Shown here: piece after piece, positions 36,239 through 44,319 of the stretch | Layout: each line of letters begins with the position of its first letter | Position numbering within the stretch: the first letter of the stretch is position 1 | NCBI GenBank assembly: GCA_034189315.1 | Contig: JAXHVC010000003.1 | Location: forward strand, 1 to 57,133 | Direction: 5' to 3' | DNA: 57,133 nt | From: Chloroflexota bacterium | GTDB lineage: Bacteria > Chloroflexota > Dehalococcoidia > UBA2247 > JAXHVC01 | Translations under genes and position numbers: made by a program | Notes under the pieces: generated by a model | What the model was told of the DNA's origin: nothing | Seen by the model: only the letters and a program-made list of their open reading frames with translations | Databases searched by the model: none

Positions 36239-37026
36239 CCCTCCTACATGCACATTACAAGGCATTTCTGTGCCTGCTGCTTATTATGATAGTCTTCGGT
36301 ATTGTTCTTACAATACCAATAGTGGCTCCCTCCTCCCCACTGAATGTAAGTGCCTCCGGCAAATGGAGTATCGTCGCAATGCTCGTTGCTGCGCTGTCGG
36401 TACTGGCCTATTATTTTGAGTTCGACAGCTTCGCCCAGAGCGCTAAGGAGATAGCTTTGGTATCTATGATGGGCACGCTCTCTGCCATTCTGAGAGTACC
36501 CTTTGCTCCCATCCCCAGTGTACAACCCTCAACCTTTCTTATTATCTGTACTGGGTATGTATTCGGTCCTCTTGCAGGATTCATGATCGGTGCTACCACC
36601 CCAATAATCTCCAACTTCTTTTTGGGTCAAGGTCCCTACACACTCTTCCAAATATTCGCCTGGGGTTTTATTGGTTTGGGGGCAGGCTATCTCGGGAGAC
36701 TTGAACTTGGTGGCCGATGGCTGCTGGTTGTATTGCTACTCTATGGCATCCTCTCAGCATATCTGTTTGGTGCAATTATGAATCTCTGGGACTGGGTGAC
36801 ATATGCCTACCCACTCACATGGAGCACCTATGTTGCAAGGATCACGTTAAGCTTGTGGTTCGACACCTTCCACGCTATAGGCAATGTCCTCTTTTTAATG
36901 TTTTTTGGAACGAAGACCATAGTGATTTTGCAGAGGTTCAGGAAGCGTTTTAGTGTATTCTATGTCCCGTCCGGTGCAATAGAAAAGGTCGTCACGGACT
37001 CGCAGGATATTACAAACCATAGATAA
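36235..37026 (+). CDS. ECF S-component-like integral membrane protein (substrate-capture subunit, specificity unassigned)
   Basis: ATGA overlap with the ATPase stop. About 6-7 TM helices. The segment LSAILRVPFAPIPSVQPSTFLIICTGYVFGPLAGFMIGA resembles S-component cores. Its position as the last gene of the ECF module supports the call. Confidence 0.65.
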   Translation: MTLLHAHYKAFLCLLLIMIVFGIVLTIPIVAPSSPLNVSASGKWSIVAMLVAALSVLAYYFEFDSFAQSAKEIALVSMMGTLSAILRVPFAPIPSVQPSTFLIICTGYVFGPLAGFMIGATTPIISNFFLGQGPYTLFQIFAWGFIGLGAGYLGRLELGGRWLLVVLLLYGILSAYLFGAIMNLWDWVTYAYPLTWSTYVARITLSLWFDTFHAIGNVLFLMFFGTKTIVILQRFRKRFSVFYVPSGAIEKVVTDSQDITNHR

Positions 37027-37193
37027 TCGAGTCCCTAAGCAAGATATTCAGAATCATCCTATCATGCGCGCATCTGCGCACAAAATTGGACACATACGAT
37101 ACTAAAATCCACAAAGGGGTTTTCGAAGTTTTCAGCTAGCTATAGTAATCATCTAAAGATATGCCATCGCTCGCCAGACCACTCGAAATAACC

Positions 37194-37227
37194 TAAAAAA
37201 AGCGCCCTCTTTTTAATGAGAGGGCGC
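37194..37227 (-). terminator. rho-independent terminator of the lipoprotein gene
   Basis: Read on the minus strand: gcgccctct-cattaaaa-agagggcgc followed by a T8 run, 19 nt after the stop at 37246. Confidence 0.7.
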
Positions 37228-37245
37228 CTACTGAGCAAATTAGAA

Positions 37246-38154
37246 TTATGGGTAGCTGGAAACATCCTCTATGATCATATCTGAAGGAACCTCAAAAAGA
37301 CTATCGCTGATACTCCCGCCAACTTCGATGTTAATAAACTCCATTACAGACAAAAGTTCTCCCTCATGCCTTGTCTCAATCTTTATAGTCAAGCCATTCT
37401 TCTTCCATATCCAGGTTCTGACAGTATTTGTGGTATTGCCAGCATCTAAAGGGTGCTCATAAATCGAACAAGCCTTACCATCAACAACCTCACTACCAAC
37501 AAACCTGGGACTATATTGTGTTATATCTTCATCTTCAGTAGCATCGAGTACATATTTGATGGCTGTATCATCACCTTCCTGCCAATTATAACTCACACCA
37601 TGTTCACCTTCATCCATATGGTGAACAGCGATAGTATTGTAGGTAATATCTTCATGCGTATACGACCCTTCTATCCGAGACTTGCTACCTTTATTCCAAT
37701 ATCGAGAAGTTGTTGTTTGTTCACCAGATTCCAAATAATTAGTACCCACAATTTCCATTTGGAATACGTCTATAAGTCCCGCCTTAGTAAGCAAGTCACT
37801 GAGTTCATCATCGTCACCGCTATCGTCGTTCTGTCCATCAGCGTTGTTGTTACTGTCATCATCACTTTGGTCGCCAGAGTCATCGTCGCTATTATTGCTG
37901 TTTTCCCCATCAGAATCATTGTTACTGCTATCATCGTTTTGGTCGCCAGAGTCATCGTCGCTATTATTGCTGTTTTCCCCACCAGAACCATTGTTGCTAC
38001 TATCATCATTTTGTCCACTAGAATCGTTTTCGTTGTATTGCTCACTCTGTTCACTCGGCTCAGCCTCGTCATCTCCACATCCAACAACTAGGAAGGAGCC
38101 TAGTAGGACACATCCTATAAGGGCTAAGCTCAAAATTATCCGAAACTTATTCAT
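37246..38154 (-). CDS. lipoprotein with an acidic Asp/Ser/Asn/Gly repeat linker and a LolA-like/DUF4412-like C-terminal domain
   Basis: ATG 38154 gives MNKFRIILSLALIGCVLLGSFLVVGCGDD (lipobox LVVGC). The track start at 38265 adds a non-signal extension. The linker carries repeated NDDSSNNGSGGENSNNSDDDSGDQ units. Confidence 0.8.
   Translation of the reverse strand: MNKFRIILSLALIGCVLLGSFLVVGCGDDEAEPSEQSEQYNENDSSGQNDDSSNNGSGGENSNNSDDDSGDQNDDSSNNDSDGENSNNSDDDSGDQSDDDSNNNADGQNDDSGDDDELSDLLTKAGLIDVFQMEIVGTNYLESGEQTTTSRYWNKGSKSRIEGSYTHEDITYNTIAVHHMDEGEHGVSYNWQEGDDTAIKYVLDATEDEDITQYSPRFVGSEVVDGKACSIYEHPLDAGNTTNTVRTWIWKKNGLTIKIETRHEGELLSVMEFINIEVGGSISDSLFEVPSDMIIEDVSSYP
37845..38030. repeat. 72-bp in-frame tandem repeat (2 full copies plus partial flanks) inside the lipoprotein gene
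   Basis: ggtcgccagagtcatcgtcgctattattgctgttttcccca starts at 37869 and again at 37941 (offset 72 nt), with only a few substitutions between the copies. Confidence 0.8.
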
Positions 38155-38398
38155 ACTGTTAACATATCCTCCTTTTGATGCCACAAAGAGGGCTTTTGTA
38201 TTGTGGCAAGTTGTACCATGCGGAACACAGCAATATACATGATACAGGGGATGATTGTGCATCACAAGAGTTTCCGCATAGTGAGGATACTCCTGGAAGA
38301 TTCATATCCATCGAGGGATTCTTGCGGTTAAGAGGAGCAATTATCAAAGCTAATGTTAACTGTCAGTTGCTATTTTACCCCACATAATAGCATGCAAA

Positions 38399-38444
38399 CA
38401 GGGGCCTGCCGTTAGACAGATTTCTCACACGCAGATTGCCCCTG
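38399..38444 (-). terminator. possible terminator hairpin after the PilB-like ATPase gene
   Basis: caggggc...gcccctg outer stem with an inner ctgc/gcag pairing. The minus-strand 3' flank is tttgcat, which is only a weak T tract. Confidence 0.3.
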
Positions 38445-38470
38445 ATTTGTCTCTATGTTCAGCATCCCAG

Positions 38471-40180
38471 CTATAGAACCGTATAAACAGTACGTAACAC
38501 CTCTGATGGTGTGGTTATGCCCTGCTTAACCTTGATCATCCCATCATGTCTCATCGTCATCATACCCTCTTCAAGGCTCTTGTCCCTGATGGCCGTAGAA
38601 TCTCCACCTTCCACAACAAGTCTCTTTATTTCCTCTGTCATGATAAAGAGTTCAAAAAGCCCAGTTCTACCCAAATATCCTGTATCAGAACAGAAATTAC
38701 ACCCATATCCACAATTGAACTTATCTAGTTCCTCACCCATCTCCTCGCTATAGACGATTCTTTCTTCTGCTTTGGGTTCACATGGCCTGTGGCAATGAGG
38801 GCATACACAACGCACCATCCTTTGCGATATAACACCAATTAGAGCAGATGCCAATAGAAACCGATCCACACCAAGATTAGTCATGCGGAAGAGCGTAGAC
38901 ACAACATCATTGGCATGCACCGATGCAAGAACCAAATGTCCTGTTAGAGATGCTTGTATTGCTATCTGTGCTGTATCTTCGTCCCTGATCTCCCCTACTA
39001 GGACTATATCTGGATCAACCCGCAGAACACCCTTGAGACAACTGGCAAAGGTTATTCCCGCTTTGGGATTGATCTCGCTAGCACCTATCTTGGCAAATCG
39101 ATACTCCACAGGGTCCTCAATGGTCATGATGTGCTTCTCATCCCTATCCATTTGATTAAGTGAAGCATATAGCGTGGTGGTTTTTCCAGATCCGGTTGGC
39201 CCGGCGACAAGGATCATCCCATAGGGCGCAGCCATCATACGCTGATACTTTTCAAGTGTTTCGGGAAGGAAGCCCAAATCAGATAGTTGGAACAGGGGCA
39301 ATGTCTTATCCAGAATCCGAAGTACTACCAGTTCCCCATCCAGCGTATTATACGTAGCGACTCGTATATCTAACGACCGTTCGGCAACGGTGAAATCCAT
39401 CTGGCCATCTTGAGCATGCCTGCGCTCTGTGATATCCATGCCCGCCATCACCTTTATTCTTGAAACCAGCTGCTGGTGCGTTTCGATTGGAAGGGACATG
39501 GCGTCATGCAATACACCATCTATCCTAAAGCGAATACGGATTCCATCTTTTTGTGGTTGGAAATGGATATCAGATGCACGACGTCTTATCCCTTCACCTA
39601 CAACCAGATCGATAAGACGAACAATTGGGCTCTCTCTTACCACCTTTTGTTCTTTTGCTACTTGATACTTCAGCTCTTCACGGAACGTAGTTGTTATGAC
39701 ACGTTTTAGTTCTTCCTCGATCATATCAGTAGAAGTGTAGTTCAGATCGAGTGTTCGCTGGACCTGCTCAGGAATTGCCATAGCGGGCATGATCTTCATA
39801 TTGGTATGGTTGGAAACAAGTTCTATCCCCTCCGTATCATCAGGATCTGCCATTACAAGGACAAGAGCATCTCCAACCACATCCAAAGGTACCATCTTGC
39901 GTTCTCGTGCCATCTTCTCCGGAACCAGTTTTAGTGTATCCTCCGGTATCTTATGCGTTGTCAGATCAATCAATGGGACATTCAGCTGAATACTAGTAGC
40001 CATAGCAAGGTCTTCGGAAGAGATATAACCACTATCAATCACCACCTGTCGAAAGGGTGTACCAGTCTTTTTGTGGAGCTGAATCGCAGAATCCACCTGG
40101 TCACGATCCATCAGGCGGTTTTGTACAAGTATATCTGCTAATTCCTTTATCTTCGGTGGCACACCTGAAACTTTAGCCAC
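38471..40180 (-). CDS. PilB/GspE-family type II/IV secretion (type IV pilus assembly-type) ATPase with an N-terminal T2SSE_N/MshEN-like domain
   Basis: AGGAGG lies 6 nt before GTG 40180. Walker A GPTGSGKTT, Asp box, Walker B LVGEIRD, His box. Tetracysteine zinc motif CPHC...CNFC. N-terminal LADILVQNRLMDRDQVDSAIQLH / FRQVVIDSGYISSEDLAMATSIQ repeats. Confidence 0.9.
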   Translation of the reverse strand: MAKVSGVPPKIKELADILVQNRLMDRDQVDSAIQLHKKTGTPFRQVVIDSGYISSEDLAMATSIQLNVPLIDLTTHKIPEDTLKLVPEKMARERKMVPLDVVGDALVLVMADPDDTEGIELVSNHTNMKIMPAMAIPEQVQRTLDLNYTSTDMIEEELKRVITTTFREELKYQVAKEQKVVRESPIVRLIDLVVGEGIRRRASDIHFQPQKDGIRIRFRIDGVLHDAMSLPIETHQQLVSRIKVMAGMDITERRHAQDGQMDFTVAERSLDIRVATYNTLDGELVVLRILDKTLPLFQLSDLGFLPETLEKYQRMMAAPYGMILVAGPTGSGKTTTLYASLNQMDRDEKHIMTIEDPVEYRFAKIGASEINPKAGITFASCLKGVLRVDPDIVLVGEIRDEDTAQIAIQASLTGHLVLASVHANDVVSTLFRMTNLGVDRFLLASALIGVISQRMVRCVCPHCHRPCEPKAEERIVYSEEMGEELDKFNCGYGCNFCSDTGYLGRTGLFELFIMTEEIKRLVVEGGDSTAIRDKSLEEGMMTMRHDGMIKVKQGITTPSEVLRTVYTVL

Positions 40181-40228
40181 TTACCGCCTCCTATGACCTC
40201 AATCATGCAAGAACAATACTTAGTATCA

Positions 40229-40609
40229 TTATGCATCATCATTCTTAGCTAGCAATTTCTGGACAGCATCCGCCAGATCGGCAGGACTGGCGGGTTTTGT
40301 CAGATACTCATCAGCCCCGACTTTCAGCCCCGACTCTCTATCGCTTTCTCGTGCCTTGGCTGAGAGCATCAGGATTGGAAGCCTTGCTGTTGATTCTGCA
40401 GCCCTGAGGCGTCGGCAGATCTGGAAACCATCCATTCCTGGTAACATTATGTCTAGAATCACCAGATCAGGTTTCTCTTCTTCAACCTTACTCAGGCCTT
40501 CCAGTCCATTGGAAGCAGTGACCACTTGATAGCCCTTCTGCTCCAACACAAATTGAGCAAACCTCGTTGCACTGGGATCATCATCTGCTATCAGTATTTT
40601 TTCCGACAT
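40229..40609 (-). CDS. single-domain CheY-like response regulator
   Basis: AGGAGG lies 7 nt before ATG 40609 (MSEKILIADDD). The canonical residues DDD, LVILDIMLPGMDG, MLSA and YLTKP are all present. Confidence 0.85.
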   Translation of the reverse strand: MSEKILIADDDPSATRFAQFVLEQKGYQVVTASNGLEGLSKVEEEKPDLVILDIMLPGMDGFQICRRLRAAESTARLPILMLSAKARESDRESGLKVGADEYLTKPASPADLADAVQKLLAKNDDA

Positions 40610-40613
40610 GTAT

Positions 40614-42551
40614 TTACCTCCTAGTATGCCCCGTGGTCTCCTGGCACACCGCTGCGTCGGCCAATGGAACTGTGAAACTAAATATACTTCCCCTTCCAAG
40701 CTCGCTCTCTACCCAAATGTCCCCACCATGTCCTTCGACAATCTGTCTGCTTATATGAAGGCCCAATCCAGTCCCGCCCGCAGAACGGGTCGCAGAGCTA
40801 TCTACCTGATAGAACTTTTGGAAGAGCTTGTTAATGGATTCTTCAGGAATTCCAACCCCATTATCTATCACTTGTGTTAGTAGTTTATTACCACTCTCCT
40901 TTACTCGAACCACGATATTGCTTTGCTGCGGGCTGAATTTGATTGCATTGGCTACAAGATTTGTGATCACCTGGCGTAACGCCTGCTCATCTCCCTGCAC
41001 AATCGTAGAAAGAGCATGTACTTCTGTACTAAAGCTTATCCCTTTATCAGCCGCAACAGTACCAAGCTTCACAACTACATTGCCCACAACCTCTTCCATA
41101 GAAACAGGTTCCTTCTTGAGAACCTTTCTCCCAGATTCAAGGGCAAAGGTATCAAGGAGATCATCAACTAGTTCATTAAGATGACGGCTTTGATCCTCCA
41201 CAATGCCCAAGAATTCCCGCTGTGTCTCAGAATCTGTAACACTCCCATCCTTTAAAAGTCCAACAAAACCTCTGATGGAGTGTAAAGGGCTTCTTAGCTC
41301 ATGAGAAACGTTGGCAACAAAATCATCCTTGAGTTGTTGTAGCTCCTTCTCTCGTGTTATGTCATGAACCACTCTCACCTCGCCTAAGTGATTGCCAAGG
41401 CTATCACTAACACGTGAAGCATAGACCTTCAATACTCTTCGCTGTGTCCCACCAAGTAGCACCTCAATCTCATCCGAGTCCCGAGCAAGTGCTAGCGTTG
41501 CTAGTATCGTAAGACGAGGATCTGTGTCGGTCCCCATCACGGCTACATGCATCACATCCTCTGTCCTCAATCCAAGCATCGTCTCCAAGGCGGGATTAAT
41601 ATTCACTACTCTACATTCATCGTCGAGCATGAACAGTCCATCGGACATACTAGCGATAATCGCATCCAGACGCTCCCTCTCAGCAGCCAAAGCCTCCTCC
41701 GCCAGTTTTCGATCGGTGATATCTGTTATGAATCCCTCAACAGACCGACTTCCTCCACGTGATGATATAACCCCTGCCCCTTTTTCCCAAACCCATCGGA
41801 CCTCACCGCTAGCTGAACGAATTCTATATATAGTCTGAAATGGGATTTTATTTTCTAAAGATTCTCTAATCTCAGCTAACACACGTTTTCTATCGTCTTC
41901 ATGAACCAGTTGAAAAAAGGGGCCACCCTTCTTATTCACTAATTCAATAGAAGTAAAACCCGTTAGTTCTGTGCATCCATCGCTAGCAAAGGTTAATGTT
42001 CTGTACTCATCATCTTGGCACCTATATGCCATACCCGGCAGGTTACTCATCAACACAGAAAGAGACCGTTGGCTCTCCTCTAGTTTAGCTTCTGTTTCAG
42101 CCAGCCTCCTTTCGGTACGCAATTGGTCAGCAACCCTACCTACAACCTGGGGAAGAACATCTAGGAAATTAGCATCTTTGACCAGATAGTCCCGAGCACC
42201 AAGTTTCATCATCTGGACCGCAGTTCTTTCATCACCCCTGCCGGTCATTACGATAAAGGGGACACGAGTTTTTGAATCCGCAAGTTTCTCAATCACCTGC
42301 TCTCCTGTCATATCTGGCAATTGGAAGTCAAGCAGCAACAACACTTCCGGATCGACTCTAACCTTCTCAAGTGCTTCTGCACCCATCCCCACAGTTGAGA
42401 TTCCAAACCCCGCGCGTTGCAGACGTCTGCTAATCAATTGTGACAATCCCTGGTCATCCTCAACAATCAGAATAGACTGGACTGCCTTATTATGATCCTC
42501 TATAACTTCCGATTCTTGCACCCTCGATATGCTTTGCCCCTTTTTCTTCAA
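40614..42551 (-). CDS. hybrid sensor histidine kinase: N-terminal receiver + PAS (MAYRC-type) + second PAS + HisKA + HATPase_c
   Basis: GGAGG lies 5 nt before TTG 42551. The track start at 42632 would overlap the upstream gene by 65 nt. REC (ILIVEDDQG...LLLDFQLPDMTG...VMTGRGD...DYLVKD). PAS (LPGMAYRCQDDEY). H-box VSHELRSPLHSIRGF. N/G boxes (NLVANAIKF; DNGVGIP; GTGLGLHI). Confidence 0.85.
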   Translation of the reverse strand: MKKKGQSISRVQESEVIEDHNKAVQSILIVEDDQGLSQLISRRLQRAGFGISTVGMGAEALEKVRVDPEVLLLLDFQLPDMTGEQVIEKLADSKTRVPFIVMTGRGDERTAVQMMKLGARDYLVKDANFLDVLPQVVGRVADQLRTERRLAETEAKLEESQRSLSVLMSNLPGMAYRCQDDEYRTLTFASDGCTELTGFTSIELVNKKGGPFFQLVHEDDRKRVLAEIRESLENKIPFQTIYRIRSASGEVRWVWEKGAGVISSRGGSRSVEGFITDITDRKLAEEALAAERERLDAIIASMSDGLFMLDDECRVVNINPALETMLGLRTEDVMHVAVMGTDTDPRLTILATLALARDSDEIEVLLGGTQRRVLKVYASRVSDSLGNHLGEVRVVHDITREKELQQLKDDFVANVSHELRSPLHSIRGFVGLLKDGSVTDSETQREFLGIVEDQSRHLNELVDDLLDTFALESGRKVLKKEPVSMEEVVGNVVVKLGTVAADKGISFSTEVHALSTIVQGDEQALRQVITNLVANAIKFSPQQSNIVVRVKESGNKLLTQVIDNGVGIPEESINKLFQKFYQVDSSATRSAGGTGLGLHISRQIVEGHGGDIWVESELGRGSIFSFTVPLADAAVCQETTGHTRR

Positions 42552-42567
42552 GACGGCCTCCGTAAAC

Positions 42568-44205
42568 TCAACTACGGACTGTTCGAAGTCTAATCGCAGT
42601 TCGCGCAATACGTTGATCCGGGTTATCGACACTTAAGGGTAAGGATATAAAAAACTTGCTGCCCACACCTGGTTCCGATTCGAGCCATACACTACCACCA
42701 TGCATACTAATAACCTTTTTCACTACGGTTAATCCCATACCCTGTCCATCACCAGCATTTGGATCAATTCGATAGAATATTTGAAAGACTTTTGACTGTT
42801 GTTCGTATGGGATTCCAACACCATTGTCTTCGACACAATATACCACCTGATCCTTTTCCCTCTGGCCAGTTATTCGGATAATCGGGTCCCGGTCACGATC
42901 AGAGAACCTCAACGCATTATCCAGAAGACAAGAAAAAACCTGCTTGATTTGGTTTGGATCCCCATAGCACAAAGGAAGGTCATCCATAGTCACACTTGCA
43001 TGAATCCTGCTAATACCATGATCATAACTGATCTTTACGTCTGATAGTAGCTGATTCATATCCAACTCCCGGTAGTTTGGAGAAGAGCGTTCCAGACGTG
43101 AAACACGTAACAGTCCGGCAAGCATGGAATCCATGCTTGCCATTCCTCTCTGAATATAGGTGACGGAATTGGGTATATCCGATTCGAGTAGCTCAAATAC
43201 CTGGTCCTGACACTCCAGCGGTATATCTATATCCCTCAAAATAGATGATAGCTCTTGAATAGAGTTGCGCAATTCACTACCAAAACCCTGGACATTCACT
43301 AATGGAGTCCTCAAATCATGAGAGGAGACATAGATGAGCTCCCTCAACTCTATGTTCTTCTCTACAAGCGCTGCTGTGAGTCTCTGTCGTTCCTTCTCTG
43401 CCCTCTTCTGATGAGTTACATCTCTAACTATGGCAAGCTCAGCCGTACCGCCCTTGTATTGAATAGGATTGGTATTGACTTCGACCCAGATAAGCTCTTC
43501 TGGTGTCTTCCAAAAAGGCACCTCGAGAGTATGAGATTCCAAACTAGTCTTAGCCGCATTCTCTATACCAATGATGGTCATCTGTTTTTGATCCTCCGGC
43601 ACTCCAGCAAGTGTCTCGGTAAGTCCCTTAGACAATAAGCCCAGTATGTTTTCATTTAGGACCTCGGACTCTGAAAAGCCAAAGGTTTGATAAAAACGAT
43701 GATTAGCAAACATGATCTTTCCATCCCTTGAAAGGACAATACCCTCTATGCTCATTTCGATGAGTGTAGAGTACATCTCCTCAGCTTCGAGCAGCTCCAT
43801 ATGTGTACGTTTGCGCTCCATTGCATATCTAATAGTGCGCGATAGCAATTCGTGATTCAATTGCCCCTTGATCAAGTAATCCTCTGCACCCTCCTGTATT
43901 GCTTGAAGTGCCATATTTTCATCGTCTAAACCTGTCAGCACAACAATAGGCACTCGGTTATTCTCTCTCACTAGACCTGCTATAGTGTGAAGACCTCTAG
44001 CATCTGGGAGAGAGAGATCTACTAGCAGAATATCAAACACACCTTCATGCAGTTTCTCAATTGCCAGGGAAAGTCTGTCAGCCAGCTCAAACTTAAAGGC
44101 GTATGGATTATTCTTTGTCAGCATCTTTCTAACAATAGCGGCATCTCCAGGATCGTCTTCGACCAAGAGAACGCTAATCCGGTTATCTACCGGTTCTAGA
44201 GTCAT
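42568..44205 (-). CDS. sensor histidine kinase with N-terminal receiver + PAS + HisKA (SHDLRTPL type) + HATPase_c
   Basis: REC (VLLVEDDPGD...LLVDLSLPD...VVLTGLDD...DYLIKG). PAS (YSTLIEMSIEGIVL...). H-box YVSSHDLRTPLVNVQGF. ATPase boxes (LLDNALRF; DNGVGIP; GQGMGLTV). Confidence 0.85.
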   Translation of the reverse strand: MTLEPVDNRISVLLVEDDPGDAAIVRKMLTKNNPYAFKFELADRLSLAIEKLHEGVFDILLVDLSLPDARGLHTIAGLVRENNRVPIVVLTGLDDENMALQAIQEGAEDYLIKGQLNHELLSRTIRYAMERKRTHMELLEAEEMYSTLIEMSIEGIVLSRDGKIMFANHRFYQTFGFSESEVLNENILGLLSKGLTETLAGVPEDQKQMTIIGIENAAKTSLESHTLEVPFWKTPEELIWVEVNTNPIQYKGGTAELAIVRDVTHQKRAEKERQRLTAALVEKNIELRELIYVSSHDLRTPLVNVQGFGSELRNSIQELSSILRDIDIPLECQDQVFELLESDIPNSVTYIQRGMASMDSMLAGLLRVSRLERSSPNYRELDMNQLLSDVKISYDHGISRIHASVTMDDLPLCYGDPNQIKQVFSCLLDNALRFSDRDRDPIIRITGQREKDQVVYCVEDNGVGIPYEQQSKVFQIFYRIDPNAGDGQGMGLTVVKKVISMHGGSVWLESEPGVGSKFFISLPLSVDNPDQRIARTAIRLRTVRS

Positions 44206-44319
44206 ATTCTCATCCTTATAATGACGTTCATTAACTTAATATAACATTGTCATCAGAGACATAGTGGATGAGATTAATTCCGCTTGTCTGATGGAGAAGC
44301 ACATATCAAAACCCCTCTA

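Noticed and set aside
37453-38242. Long ORFs 37453..38091(+), 37770..38087(-), 37844..38242(+)
   Set aside because: They are generated by the 72-bp acidic repeat read in other frames or on the other strand, giving highly repetitive Ile/Val/Ser/Leu strings. The lipoprotein frame has a signal peptide, a lipobox and a folded C-domain.
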